Of a stretch of DNA of 64,000 nucleotides, positions 10,020-20,608 are shown in pieces (positions within the stretch are counted from its first letter, which is position 1; every line of letters starts with the position of its first letter). The notes under the pieces are model-generated. The model was given only the letters and a program-made list of their open reading frames with translations. It had not been told where the DNA came from and made no database searches. The DNA comes from a bacterium (lineage in GTDB: Bacteria > Bacteroidota > Bacteroidia > Sphingobacteriales > Sphingobacteriaceae). The translations under genes and the position numbers were made by a program. The DNA lies in assembly GCA_031412335.1 (NCBI GenBank), contig JANOCT010000043.1, forward strand, positions 39,720-103,719. Direction: 5' to 3'.

Positions 10020-10649
10020 TTAATTAAGGTTAAGTTTTTTTCTAAAAACAAAGTTTGATATTTGAATAGTAGTTTCAAGTTCTAATTTTTTCAAAATTCT
10101 TGATTTGAATGTTGCAACCGTGGCTACTCCAATATTTAATTCCTCTGCAATGGCTGCTGTAGTTTTTCCTTTAGAAATAAGCATCATAACTTGATATTCT
10201 CTTTTTGATAACAAATCAACTTTGAATTTATCATTACTGCTAAATTCGTTTGAATCTTCCCCAAGACCAGAAATAATAAAATTCTCCTTCTTCAGGATTC
10301 TTCTGATTGATTTAACTAATTTATCACTTGCTACATCTTTGGCTACGTATGCTTTAGCTCCATTTTTAAAAGCTCGTTCAGCATATTTCTCTTCTGAATG
10401 CATACTTAACACTACAATTTTTAAATTTGGATATTGCTTATTTAAATCTGATATTATTTCCAAACCGTTTCTTCCTGGAAGTGAAATATCCAGCAATAAA
10501 ACATCTGCTTTTTTTAAAAGTTTAAGTGCAAATAATTCTTCTGAACTACCTGCCTCACCTATTACTTTCATATCGACTTCTTCTGCTAAAATTTTTTTAA
10601 GACCGTCTCGAACTATCGTGTGATCATCCGTCAAAATAATTTTTACCAT
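10020..10649 (-). CDS. Response regulator, NarL/LuxR family (receiver + LuxR-type HTH)
   Basis: Receiver motifs (ILTDDH, LLLDISLPG, K in AKAYVAKD). C-terminal LSKREYQVMMLISKGKTTAAIAEELNIGVATVATFKSRILKKL is a LuxR-type HTH. Confidence 0.9.
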   Translation of the reverse strand: MVKIILTDDHTIVRDGLKKILAEEVDMKVIGEAGSSEELFALKLLKKADVLLLDISLPGRNGLEIISDLNKQYPNLKIVVLSMHSEEKYAERAFKNGAKAYVAKDVASDKLVKSIRRILKKENFIISGLGEDSNEFSSNDKFKVDLLSKREYQVMMLISKGKTTAAIAEELNIGVATVATFKSRILKKLELETTIQISNFVFRKKLNLN

Positions 10650-10652
10650 TTT

Positions 10653-11693
10653 TTAATTTTTAATTGGAAGATCAATAATTACTCGTGTACCGCTTAGCTT
10701 TCCTGGTTGAAATCGTATTGTTCCATTAGCTGTATTTACACGTTCTTTCATTCCAATAATTCCTAATGAGTCATTTGAAAATATAATTGGAGAGTTCATT
10801 CCAATACCATTATCTGCAATTTCAATTTTTAGTTTTTCATTGATAGTTCTTATCTTAATGTTCACTTTCATGGCTTTTGAATGCTTTGCAACATTGGTTA
10901 AACTCTCTTGAATTAATCGATATGCAGTCGTTGTTAAATCATCAGAAAGTAATTCATCTGCCTGTTTTAAGGTAAGTTTATATTTGATAGCAGATTTTTT
11001 TGAAAAATCCTGAACATACCATTTTATAGCATCAGTAAATCCCAATTCTTCAATTCGTACAGGCTTTAACTCAGTCGCAATCTTTTTTACTGATTTTATG
11101 GTATCATTTATATAACCCATTATATCTATTAGTTCGTCATCTATTTCAATTATAGATAAACGGGTAAATTTTCGCCCGAACAAAGATATTCTTATTTTTA
11201 AAGCAGTAAGTACTTGGCCAAGTTCATCGTGGATTTCTCTTGAAACTCTATTTCGCTCTACTTCCTGAATTTTTTCAATTCTATTGTAAAGCGCACGCAA
11301 TTGAAGATTTGCATTAATCTCTTGATTTTTAGCAAGAACTTGATAATTTACATCAAGACTAGTTAATAAATAATCAAATGATTTTCCTTTTTTGGTTTTT
11401 TGAATATAAGAATCTAGGTATATTTCTGTCCCATTTTTATCATAAATCTTAGAAACTCCTAAACTAAAAGGTTTTTCAGTAATTTTTTTTGAATGTTCCT
11501 TAATCCTCTTTGTCAACTCTTCACCTATAAAATTTGAAACTGAATAAGGTAAGGCAATTTCCTTATTGAAATTAAAAAGCCTCTTACCCTCTTCATTTAT
11601 TTCAATTAGGTGTAAACTATCATTCGCAAAAATTACCATTGCCGAACAATTGTTTTTAAAAAAAGCATTGCAGAGTTCTTCGTTATAATCCAC
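10653..11693 (-). CDS. Cytoplasmic sensor histidine kinase, HisKA_3 (NarX/DegS-like) type, with an N-terminal PAS-like region
   Basis: H-box REIHDELGQVLTALK. HATPase region LIQESLTNVAKHS...IADNGIGM...GIIGMKERV. No TM segment is visible. It lies 3 nt upstream of the regulator gene. Confidence 0.85.
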   Translation of the reverse strand: MDYNEELCNAFFKNNCSAMVIFANDSLHLIEINEEGKRLFNFNKEIALPYSVSNFIGEELTKRIKEHSKKITEKPFSLGVSKIYDKNGTEIYLDSYIQKTKKGKSFDYLLTSLDVNYQVLAKNQEINANLQLRALYNRIEKIQEVERNRVSREIHDELGQVLTALKIRISLFGRKFTRLSIIEIDDELIDIMGYINDTIKSVKKIATELKPVRIEELGFTDAIKWYVQDFSKKSAIKYKLTLKQADELLSDDLTTTAYRLIQESLTNVAKHSKAMKVNIKIRTINEKLKIEIADNGIGMNSPIIFSNDSLGIIGMKERVNTANGTIRFQPGKLSGTRVIIDLPIKN

Positions 11694-11765
11694 TGAAAGT
11701 ATTAGAGATTAATTTAAAACTAACGATAAATTATTCTTGAAATTAAAATATGATCATTAATATGC

Positions 11766-11792
11766 AAAAAAAAAGCTGGATAAACCAGCTTT
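11766..11792 (-). terminator. Rho-independent terminator after the 11801-12457 regulator gene
   Basis: The minus strand reads aaagctgg-tttat-ccagcttt followed by a T-run (plus-strand A-run 11766-11774). It begins 8 nt after the stop codon. Confidence 0.65.
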
Positions 11793-11800
11793 CAATTAGT

Positions 11801-12457
11801 TTAAATATAACATTGCTGAATGGCGTATTTGAGTAAGCCAATATTCTTTTTTATATTTAGTTTAATCATCATATTTCTTCGATGTGTATCAACCGTTCTT
11901 GCGCTTATATTTAGTAAATCAGCGATTTTTTTAGTAGGAAATTCATTCGAAATATATTTTAGAATTTCTATTTCACGCTCTGTAAGCATGATATTTTCTG
12001 CATTACTCTTCTTAGGTTCATTATTTTTCGTCAAATATCTTGACACAATAACTTCAGATATTTCTTTTTGCAAATAAGCGTTGCCTTTATAAACCTCTTC
12101 AATGGCAACAGTCAGTTCATCTTTACCCAAGGTTTTTAATAAGTAACCATTGGCCCCTGCTTGCAACATTTTATCAATATTAGTATAATTGTCTAGCATT
12201 GACAATGCAATTACTTTAATATGATTGTGGCTTTTTTTCAACAAAGACGTGGCCTCTAGTCCATCCATTATTGGCATATTGATGTCAATCAAAACGACAT
12301 CAACTTCAATAGTATTTATTAAATCGAGTACTTCTTTGCCATTTTCAGCTTCGCCTACAATGGATATGTTTTTCGCTCCTTTTAGTATTGCTTTTAATCC
12401 ATGACGCATCATTTTATGGTCATCTGCGATTATTAAACGGATTTGAGTATTAGACAT
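11801..12457 (-). CDS. Response regulator, NarL/LuxR family
   Basis: Receiver (IIADDH, VLIDINMPIMDG, K in ANGYLLK). LuxR HTH LTEREIEILKYISNEFPTKKIADLLNISARTVDTHRRNMMIKL. Confidence 0.9.
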   Translation of the reverse strand: MSNTQIRLIIADDHKMMRHGLKAILKGAKNISIVGEAENGKEVLDLINTIEVDVVLIDINMPIMDGLEATSLLKKSHNHIKVIALSMLDNYTNIDKMLQAGANGYLLKTLGKDELTVAIEEVYKGNAYLQKEISEVIVSRYLTKNNEPKKSNAENIMLTEREIEILKYISNEFPTKKIADLLNISARTVDTHRRNMMIKLNIKKNIGLLKYAIQQCYI

Positions 12458-12917
12458 GATAGATTTCTTTAACGTGAGATGTTAATCAATTGTTAAGCCT
12501 CTTTACGTAGTAAGGAAAGAAATGGATACATATTTTATTTTTAATCATAAAAGGTTTATTAAAAACTATTCAAAAATCAATTGTTTAACAGAATCTACTT
12601 TTATTCAAACATTCAAAAATAATAAAATTTACGTAAGTAATAATACGTATTTGAAAATCATTTAATACTTAGAAAATATACACGAAATAGCGTATTGATG
12701 GCATTTAAAGCCCTATTTACCTTTGAAATAATTAATCTACTCCTTTTCTAAATACTTAATCGCTAATTCAACAAAAATGAAAAACCTACTTTTTATCAAC
12801 AAATTTTCACAAAAAATAATTCTTCACACTACTATATCTCTTATGTTGATAATGGTTGGAAACACTTTATCTCTTTATGTGTAAGCTTGTTTAATGATTT
12901 TAAAAATCTTTAACCGC

Positions 12918-12986
12918 TCATTCCTCTTGATTGTTTTATTCAAATCAAATAATGAATAATTTTTCAAGAGGAATGATTTTTGCAAT
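12918..12986 (+). promoter_or_regulatory. 13-bp perfect inverted repeat overlapping a weak sigma-54-like -24/-12 element upstream of the receiver gene
   Basis: tcattcctcttga (12918-12930) and tcaagaggaatga (12964-12976) are exact reverse complements with a 33-nt spacer. aGGaatgatttTTGCAat has GG (12970-71) and GC (12982-83) at the canonical 10-nt spacing, about 25 nt before the ATG at 13009. Confidence 0.3.
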
Positions 12987-13008
12987 ATATTTTTCATATT
13001 GTTGCTAA

Positions 13009-13407
13009 ATGTCTGAACACCCAATCCTGATTATTGATGACGAGAAGGACATTTGTCAGCTTCTCAGTATTGCACTTAGAAAGAAAAAATTTACCGTTTA
13101 TTCTGCTAATAGTATTAAAGATGGGCTTGTTTTGATTGATACCATTTATCCTGAATATTTATTTCTAGATGTAAACTTGCCCGATGGATCTGGCTTATCG
13201 CTAATTTCTCAAATTCGTATAAAGTACCCCAAAGCTGGGATTATTGTAATAAGTGCGTACGACAATCAAAAAGACAAAATTATTGCCTTGCAAAATGGAG
13301 CAGATATTTATGTAAGTAAGCCCTTCAATAATTCTACAATCTATGAATCTATCAATCATATTTCAAGTAAATATGGTGGCTCCAGAATAAACGAATTATC
13401 AAATTAG
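13009..13407 (+). CDS. Stand-alone CheY-like receiver protein
   Basis: 132 aa, receiver domain only (ILIIDDE, LFLDVNLPDGSG, K in ADIYVSKPF). Confidence 0.85.
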   Translation: MSEHPILIIDDEKDICQLLSIALRKKKFTVYSANSIKDGLVLIDTIYPEYLFLDVNLPDGSGLSLISQIRIKYPKAGIIVISAYDNQKDKIIALQNGADIYVSKPFNNSTIYESINHISSKYGGSRINELSN

Positions 13408-13504
13408 TAATTGATTATTGTTACTATTTTTTTCAAGTTATCGGTTTTCTATAAAATTTAATAAGTTTGGGGAATCTTAAATAAAATAGGATCTAAGGAT
13501 TTTA

Positions 13505-14884
13505 ATGAAAAAAATATTAATTGTTGACGACGAAGTAACAATTTGTCAGCTTTTGTCAAAATTTTTGACAAATAAAGGCTTTACAGTAGAAACAGCAGGA
13601 TCAGGTGCAAGAGCAGTCGAGATTTTAAAAAACGATATTTTTGATCTTGTTTTATGCGATTATAGACTAGGAGATACAGTTGGTGAGGAATTATTACTTA
13701 AAATAAAAGCATTAAACCCGAACGCTGCAGTTATAATTATAACAGGCTATTCCGACATAAAAATTGCTGTAAAAGTAATTAAATTAGGTGCTTTTGATTA
13801 TGTAACCAAACCGCTTTTCCCCGACGAAATTCTTCATACAATAAAGAGAGCATTAGATACAAGTGATGTTGATGAAATAAACTTTCATCCAATTAAAGCT
13901 AAAATTAAATCAGGAAATGGTTTTCAGGACTCATCAGGTCAATTTGTTATTGGAGATAGTCCAGCAATAAAAGAAATTTATAAACAGATAGATTTGGTTG
14001 CTCCTACCAATTACAGTGTTATTATTTTTGGGGAAAGCGGAACAGGTAAGGAAAGTATCGCAAGAAGTATACATGAAAGAAGTCCAAGAAAAGATAAACC
14101 TTTTATCGCTATGGATTGTGGTTCATTGTCTAAGGAATTGGCTGGCAGTGAATTTTTTGGTCATGAAAAAGGATCATTCACTGGAGCATTCGCTACTAAA
14201 ATCGGACATTTTGAACTGGCTAATGGTGGTACTTTATTTTTAGATGAAGTAGGAAATCTTTCTTACGAAATTCAAGCATTACTCTTAAGAGTAGTGCAAG
14301 AACGAAAAGTGAAAAAAATTGGTGGTACAAAAGAATTGGATTTGGATGTAAGAATAATTGTAGCATCGAATGAAAACTTGCAGGAGGCATTTCAGAAAGG
14401 TAAATTCAGAGAAGATTTATTTCATCGTTTTAATGAGTTTGCAATGACTTTGCCTCCACTACGCGAACGTGGAAATGATATTTTAGCATTCGCCGATTTC
14501 TTTTTGCATGAAGCTAAAACAGATTTAGGAAGAAACGTAGAAGGTTTTTCTGCCGAAGTAAGAGAGAGTTTTTTAAACTACCAATGGCCTGGAAATATAA
14601 GAGAAATGAAAAATGTGATACGACGGGCGTGTTTATTATCTGATGGAAACCTTGTTGAATCCAAATCATTACCATCAGAAATTATTAATTTTTCTAAATT
14701 TCAATTTGTAACAGAAGATAGATCGGATAGAGCTCCCAATTTAAAGGCCACAGCTATGGAAGCAGAATTTGAAACTATTTTAAAGGTTTTGAAACAAGTG
14801 AATTATAATAAAACTAAAGCTGCTACCATATTGAATATTGACAGGAAAACCCTTTACAATAAAATGAAAGCATTTAATTTGTAA
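13505..14884 (+). CDS. Sigma-54-dependent transcriptional activator (NtrC family: receiver + AAA+ + Fis-type HTH)
   Basis: Receiver (ILIVDDE, LVLCDYRL). Walker A GESGTGKE. GAFTGA-type loop GSFTGA. Walker B LFLDEVG. C-terminal HTH NKTKAATILNIDRKTLYNKMK. Confidence 0.9.
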   Translation: MKKILIVDDEVTICQLLSKFLTNKGFTVETAGSGARAVEILKNDIFDLVLCDYRLGDTVGEELLLKIKALNPNAAVIIITGYSDIKIAVKVIKLGAFDYVTKPLFPDEILHTIKRALDTSDVDEINFHPIKAKIKSGNGFQDSSGQFVIGDSPAIKEIYKQIDLVAPTNYSVIIFGESGTGKESIARSIHERSPRKDKPFIAMDCGSLSKELAGSEFFGHEKGSFTGAFATKIGHFELANGGTLFLDEVGNLSYEIQALLLRVVQERKVKKIGGTKELDLDVRIIVASNENLQEAFQKGKFREDLFHRFNEFAMTLPPLRERGNDILAFADFFLHEAKTDLGRNVEGFSAEVRESFLNYQWPGNIREMKNVIRRACLLSDGNLVESKSLPSEIINFSKFQFVTEDRSDRAPNLKATAMEAEFETILKVLKQVNYNKTKAATILNIDRKTLYNKMKAFNL

Positions 14885-15094
14885 CTTATTTTATTCCAAT
14901 TTCCATTTTTTCTTTCATACAAAATTAACTTTAGCATTTTTTTAAAATCTGTTTTAAAAAACTATGTTCTGTTTTTTTGATTGTAGGCTTTGATCTTTTT
15001 ACCTTAATTAAGTAATTTTTTAATTACCAATACAGCCATTTACCCACTTTTGATAATAAAATCAATAGTTTAGAAAATTATTTTAATCGTATTA

Positions 15095-17404
15095 ATGCAA
15101 AAAATTTTTATCTCCGCTTTATTTTTACTCATTTTTCAAACAAATTTATTTAGCCAAGACAGTTACAATAAATCAAAATTTCATCAACTAGAAGAAATCT
15201 GGCCAACTCCAAATACTTATCGAACTGGTTCTGGTTCTCCAGGAGTTGAGTATTGGCAACAAAAAGCTGACTATGATATTAAAATTGAGTTAAATGATAA
15301 AAACCAAAGTGTAAAAGGATCTGAAACTATTACTTACACCAACAATTCACCAGATGCTTTAAGCTATTTGTGGGTTCAGTTAGATCAAAATATTTTTGAT
15401 CCAAACTCGATGACCTATTTAACAGAGACCAGAAATATAAGCGATAGCCTAAGTTTTGAAGGATTTGATATGCTTACCAGAAACTCATTTGATGGCGGTT
15501 ATAAAATTTCATCGGTAAAAGATGGTAAAGGAACTAAGCTAAAATTTACGATTAATAATACCATGATGCGGATTGATCTTTCTTCACCACTTAAAAGCAA
15601 AGGTGTTTTTCAGTTTTCAATTGATTGGGAAAACTTTATTAATAATGCAAGAACGAACGGAGGAAGAGGAGGCTATGAATATTTTAAAACAGATAATAAT
15701 TATTTGTACGAAATGGCACAATGGTTTCCTAGAATGGCAGTTTATGATGATGTAGATGGGTGGCAAAACAAGCAATATCTTGGAAATGGTGAATTTGCTT
15801 TAACGTTTGGCGATTATAAAGTTGCAATTACTGTTCCGGCAGATCATGTGGTTACCGCTACTGGAGTGCTTCAAAATGCAGGTTCAGTTTTAAGTAAATC
15901 ACAACAAAACCGATTAAAAGAAGCAGAAAACAGTAAAAAACCAATATTGGTTATTACTCCCGCAGAAGCACTAGAAAATGAAAAATCAAAATCCGAGTCC
16001 AAAAAAACATGGATTTTTAACGCTGAAAACGTTCGGGATTTTGCTTGGGCCTCGTCCAAAAAGTTTATTTGGGATGCATTGGGTGTAAAAGTTGGAAACA
16101 AAACTGTTATGGCGATGTCCTTATATCCAAAAGAAGGAAATCCACTTTGGGAATTATATTCAACTCAAGCAATTGCTCAAACTTTACTGACCTATTCTCG
16201 CTATACTGTCAATTATCCATATCCTGTTGCAATTTCTGTAAACGGACCAATAGGCGGAATGGAATATCCGATGATTTGTTTCAATGGACCTCGGCCAGAA
16301 ACAGATGGAACGTATTCTTCAAGTACAAAATATGACTTAATCGGTGTTGTAATTCATGAAGTTGGCCATAATTACTTTCCAATGATTATCAATTCAGATG
16401 AGCGGCAATGGACTTGGATGGATGAAGGTTTGAATACTTTTTGCCAATATTTAACCGAACAAGAATGGGAAGAAAATTACCCTTCCAGTCGTGGTGAAGC
16501 CAGAAACATTGTCAATTATATGTCATCCAATAAAGATGTTTTAGATCCGATCATGACTAATTCTGAATCGATTCTGCAATTTGGAAATAATGCATATGGA
16601 AAACCAGCAACAGCCTTAAATATTTTGCGTGAAACCGTGATGGGTAGAGAATTATTCGATTTTGCATTCAAACAATATGCTGAAAAATGGGCCTTTAAAC
16701 ATCCTATGCCATCAGATTTTTTTAGAACGATGGAAGATGCTTCGGCGGTTGATTTAGATTGGTTTTGGAGAGGTTGGTTTTATGGAACAGATCCTGTAGA
16801 TATTTCTTTGAAAAAGGTTTCTACCTATAAAATTGACACTCGGAACCCAGAAAAAGAAAAAACAAACAAAAAGCAAAAACGAGATAGTGAGCCATTATCT
16901 ATTTCTGAGCAACGAAATAAAACATCTATCAAAAAATATCGTGTAGAAGATTATCCTGAGCTTTCAGATTTCTATTCAAAGTACGATGCTTTAGATGTAA
17001 CTGATTATGATAAAGGAAAGTACAAAACCTATTATGATGCTCTTGACGAAAAACAACGTAAAAAATTAGAGTCGGGAATGTATTATTATGTATTGGATTT
17101 AGAGAATGTTGGTGGCTTAGTTTCGCCGGTAATTATAGAGCTTGAATTTGCCAATGGAGAAAAAGAAGTACAAAGAATACCTGCAGAAATTTGGCGTAAA
17201 AATTCACAAAAAGTATCTAAATTGTTGATAACTGATAAAGCTGTAAAACAATTTTCTTTAGATCCATTTCAAGAAACTGCAGATATTAATCGAAATAATA
17301 ACTTTTATCCAGCAAAAACCTTGGAAACTCCATTTCAACTTTTCAAGGAACGACAAATTAAACAGCAAAATTTAATGCAGTTGAAGCGAGATGGTAAACT
17401 TTAA
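15095..17404 (+). CDS. M1-family zinc metallopeptidase (aminopeptidase N-like), secreted
   Basis: Signal peptide. HEVGHNYF ... WMDEGLNTF gives the HExxH-x18-E zinc site. Confidence 0.85.
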   Translation: MQKIFISALFLLIFQTNLFSQDSYNKSKFHQLEEIWPTPNTYRTGSGSPGVEYWQQKADYDIKIELNDKNQSVKGSETITYTNNSPDALSYLWVQLDQNIFDPNSMTYLTETRNISDSLSFEGFDMLTRNSFDGGYKISSVKDGKGTKLKFTINNTMMRIDLSSPLKSKGVFQFSIDWENFINNARTNGGRGGYEYFKTDNNYLYEMAQWFPRMAVYDDVDGWQNKQYLGNGEFALTFGDYKVAITVPADHVVTATGVLQNAGSVLSKSQQNRLKEAENSKKPILVITPAEALENEKSKSESKKTWIFNAENVRDFAWASSKKFIWDALGVKVGNKTVMAMSLYPKEGNPLWELYSTQAIAQTLLTYSRYTVNYPYPVAISVNGPIGGMEYPMICFNGPRPETDGTYSSSTKYDLIGVVIHEVGHNYFPMIINSDERQWTWMDEGLNTFCQYLTEQEWEENYPSSRGEARNIVNYMSSNKDVLDPIMTNSESILQFGNNAYGKPATALNILRETVMGRELFDFAFKQYAEKWAFKHPMPSDFFRTMEDASAVDLDWFWRGWFYGTDPVDISLKKVSTYKIDTRNPEKEKTNKKQKRDSEPLSISEQRNKTSIKKYRVEDYPELSDFYSKYDALDVTDYDKGKYKTYYDALDEKQRKKLESGMYYYVLDLENVGGLVSPVIIELEFANGEKEVQRIPAEIWRKNSQKVSKLLITDKAVKQFSLDPFQETADINRNNNFYPAKTLETPFQLFKERQIKQQNLMQLKRDGKL

Positions 17405-17888
17405 ATTTGTAGGCAGTTTAATTATTTGTTTGTTTTTGACGAGCAAAGTACCAGCAACTCATAAATTTTACACATCCATTACTCAAATAGATTACAACGA
17501 AAAGTCTAAATCATTTGAAATTATCATGCGTGTTTTTGTTGATGATCTGGAAAAGTCAATTACAGTCCAGAGAAAAAAAAATTATAAAATTGCTAATGAT
17601 TTAGATAATAAATTATTGATCAACTATTTATCTGATAAATTTTTAATTCAAGCGAATCAAAAAACCTTACAAACAAAAGTAATCGGAACTGAACTGGAAC
17701 GTGATATTTTAATTATTTATTTAGAAACTTCATCATCTTCAAATGCGAATACTTTACGAATTAAAAACTCCGTTTTGACAGAACTTTTCCCCAGTCAAAC
17801 CAATATTGTAAACATTAATTTTATTCAAAAAAAAGAAACATTCGTTTGCAATGCAGATCAGCCTGAAAAAGTTTTACTTTATCATTAA
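17391..17888 (+). CDS. Small secreted protein of unknown function (resembles the DUF6702-type partner often found after Bacteroidota M1 peptidases)
   Basis: 165 aa with a signal peptide. Overlaps the peptidase stop by 14 nt. The family assignment is from memory of the HKFY.S.TQI.YN motif only. Confidence 0.45.
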   Translation: MVNFKFVGSLIICLFLTSKVPATHKFYTSITQIDYNEKSKSFEIIMRVFVDDLEKSITVQRKKNYKIANDLDNKLLINYLSDKFLIQANQKTLQTKVIGTELERDILIIYLETSSSSNANTLRIKNSVLTELFPSQTNIVNINFIQKKETFVCNADQPEKVLLYH

Positions 17889-18028
17889 AACTGACTATTT
17901 TTCAGTTTACTTGCTATTTTTTGTTGAATTTATTTGTTGGCATACGGCTTGTTTACTTTAAGCCCATATTCAATTTTTCTGTTTTATTCATTATAACTGT
18001 CAGTTTGACGGTTTCATAAATCTCATCC

Positions 18029-20518
18029 ATGAGCTATTTCGATCCTTTTGATAAATTAAACGGTCCGCCGTCCTACATAAATGAAGATACTGAGTTTTTT
18101 CCGTTAATGACGGCTGAAGACGAGGAGGAAATGAATGCCGAACAAACTCCAGAAACATTATCAATTTTACCATTAAGAAATACCGTCCTTTTTCCAGGTG
18201 TCGTTATTCCAATTACAGTTGGAAGAGACAAATCCATAAAACTGATAAAAGATGCCTACAAAGGCAAAAAAGTTATTGGCGTTGTTTCTCAAAAAGATGT
18301 TTCTGTTGAAGATCCTACTGTAGAAGACCTAAATAAAATAGGAACAGTAGCTTATATTGTTAAAATGTTGCAAATGCCAGATGGCAATACAACTGTAATA
18401 ATACAAGGCAAGCGAAGATTTGAAATTGTTGATGTAACGAATACAGATCCATATGTAAAAGCTATAATTCAGCCGATCGACGACATTAAACCAAAAAAAG
18501 ATAAAGAGTTTACTGCCTTAGTATCATCGTTGAAAGAATTATCTACACAGATTATTCAATTCTCGCCAAACATACCAACAGAAGCTGCATTTGCAATTAA
18601 AAACATTGAAAGCCCTTCATTTCTAATCAATTTCATATCATCAAATATGAATGCAGAAGTTGCTGAAAAGCAACGAATTCTGGAAATTGCAGATTTAAGA
18701 CAGCGAGCTCAATTAGTATTAGAGCACCTAACTCGTGATTTGCAGATGCTAGAGCTTAAAAATCAAATTCAATCGAAAGTTAGAATTGATATTGATAAAC
18801 AACAGCGTGAATATTTTCTAAATCAGCAATTAAAAACAATTCAAGAAGAACTGGGTGGCGATAATCCTGATTATGAAATTGCTAATCTTCGAGAAAGAGG
18901 CACTAAAAAGAAATGGTCTAAAGAAATTAATGAAACATTTAATAAGGAATTAGACAAGTTGCAACGAATGAATCCTGCAGCTGCAGATTATTCTGTTTTA
19001 TATAATTATGTAGAATTACTTTTAGAATTGCCTTGGGGAGAATTTACCAAAGATAATTTTGATTTAAGCCGTGCTCAAAAAGTACTTGATAAAGATCATT
19101 ATGGTTTAGATAAAGTAAAAACGCGTATCCTAGAATATCTTGCTGTGTTGAAATTGAAAAACAACATGAAAGCGCCTATTTTATGTTTGGTTGGCCCTCC
19201 TGGAGTTGGAAAAACTTCATTAGGAAAATCTATTGCAAAAGCATTAAACAGAAAATATGTACGAATTGCCTTAGGTGGTATTAGGGATGAGGCTGATATT
19301 CGTGGACATCGGAAAACGTATATTGGAGCTATGCCTGGTAGAATAATTCAGTCCTTGAAAAAGGCCCAAACCAGCAATCCTGTATTTGTTTTAGACGAAA
19401 TAGATAAAGTTGGAAATGACTTTAGAGGCGATCCATCATCTGCTTTATTAGAAGTTTTGGATCCTGAACAAAACATTGCTTTTTATGATCATTATGTAGA
19501 ACAGGATTACGATTTATCCAATGTAATGTTCATTGCAACTGCAAATTCATTAAGTAATATTCATCCAGCATTAATAGACAGACTGGAGATAATAGAAGTA
19601 AACGGATATACGGTTGAAGAAAAAATTGAAATTGCCAAACAACATTTAATTCCTAAACAGCGAGAAGCTCATGGTTTAAAACCCAAAGATATTACCATAA
19701 AATCAGATATTGTTGAAATGGTTATCGAAGATTACACGCGTGAATCAGGAGTGCGTGGTTTGGAGAAAAAACTGGCAACACTTACTCGTGGAGTTGCAAA
19801 AAGCGTTGCGGTTGAAGAAAAATATAATAAAGTTGTACTGAAAAAAGATGTAGAGCGCATTTTAGGCGTAGCAGATTACGAGAAAGATTCTTATCAAGAT
19901 AATCATACTGCTGGTGTAGTTACTGGTTTAGCATGGACATCCGTTGGTGGCGATATATTATTTATCGAAGTAAGCCTTTCAAGAGGTAAAGGTAAACTTA
20001 CCCTCACCGGAAATTTAGGTGATGTAATGAAAGAATCAGCAGTAATTGCCTTGGCATATTTGCGTGCACATTCTAATTTAATTGGTCTACCAGTAAAAAT
20101 ATTTGATCAGTGGGATATACATGTGCATGTACCAGCTGGTGCGGTTCCCAAAGATGGCCCTTCTGCTGGTATTACAATGTTAACTGCCTTAACTTCAGCA
20201 TTTACTCAGAAAAAGGTAAAGCCAAATCTGGCAATGACTGGCGAAATAACCTTGCGAGGTAGAGTTTTACCGGTTGGAGGTATTAAAGAAAAAATACTAG
20301 CAGCCAAACGAGCAAATATTAAAGAAATCATTTTATCAAAATCTAATAGGAAAGATATTGAGGATATTAAAGCAAGCTATATTTCTGACATGAAGTTTCA
20401 TTATGTAACCGATATGAAAGAAGTTGTACAATTAGCTTTAATGGATGAAAAGGTTGAAAATGCAATTGATATCAGTATAATTGAAGAAACTACTCCATTG
20501 AATTCGGCAGTTTTATAG
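18029..20518 (+). CDS. lon: ATP-dependent Lon protease
   Basis: 829 aa. Walker [10 protein letters not shown]. Proteolytic-site motif [14 protein letters not shown]-terminal domain present. Confidence 0.95.
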   Translation: MSYFDPFDKLNGPPSYINEDTEFFPLMTAEDEEEMNAEQTPETLSILPLRNTVLFPGVVIPITVGRDKSIKLIKDAYKGKKVIGVVSQKDVSVEDPTVEDLNKIGTVAYIVKMLQMPDGNTTVIIQGKRRFEIVDVTNTDPYVKAIIQPIDDIKPKKDKEFTALVSSLKELSTQIIQFSPNIPTEAAFAIKNIESPSFLINFISSNMNAEVAEKQRILEIADLRQRAQLVLEHLTRDLQMLELKNQIQSKVRIDIDKQQREYFLNQQLKTIQEELGGDNPDYEIANLRERGTKKKWSKEINETFNKELDKLQRMNPAAADYSVLYNYVELLLELPWGEFTKDNFDLSRAQKVLDKDHYGLDKVKTRILEYLAVLKLKNNMKAPILCLVGPPGVGKTSLGKSIAKALNRKYVRIALGGIRDEADIRGHRKTYIGAMPGRIIQSLKKAQTSNPVFVLDEIDKVGNDFRGDPSSALLEVLDPEQNIAFYDHYVEQDYDLSNVMFIATANSLSNIHPALIDRLEIIEVNGYTVEEKIEIAKQHLIPKQREAHGLKPKDITIKSDIVEMVIEDYTRESGVRGLEKKLATLTRGVAKSVAVEEKYNKVVLKKDVERILGVADYEKDSYQDNHTAGVVTGLAWTSVGGDILFIEVSLSRGKGKLTLTGNLGDVMKESAVIALAYLRAHSNLIGLPVKIFDQWDIHVHVPAGAVPKDGPSAGITMLTALTSAFTQKKVKPNLAMTGEITLRGRVLPVGGIKEKILAAKRANIKEIILSKSNRKDIEDIKASYISDMKFHYVTDMKEVVQLALMDEKVENAIDISIIEETTPLNSAVL

Positions 20519-20608
20519 AATATCATTTTAGCGTTTGTCTATGTAAGTTAAATAGTATTTTTATGTGAATAAAATATTCTTTAACTTACATGTTCTAAAT
20601 CTATTGAA

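Noticed and set aside
17938-17952. Sigma-54-like element TGGCATacggcTTGT 77 nt upstream of lon
   Set aside because: The spacing is right, but the invariant -12 GC is GT here. No enhancer-like repeats were seen upstream. It is kept only as a note, and testing would need rpoN-dependent transcription data.
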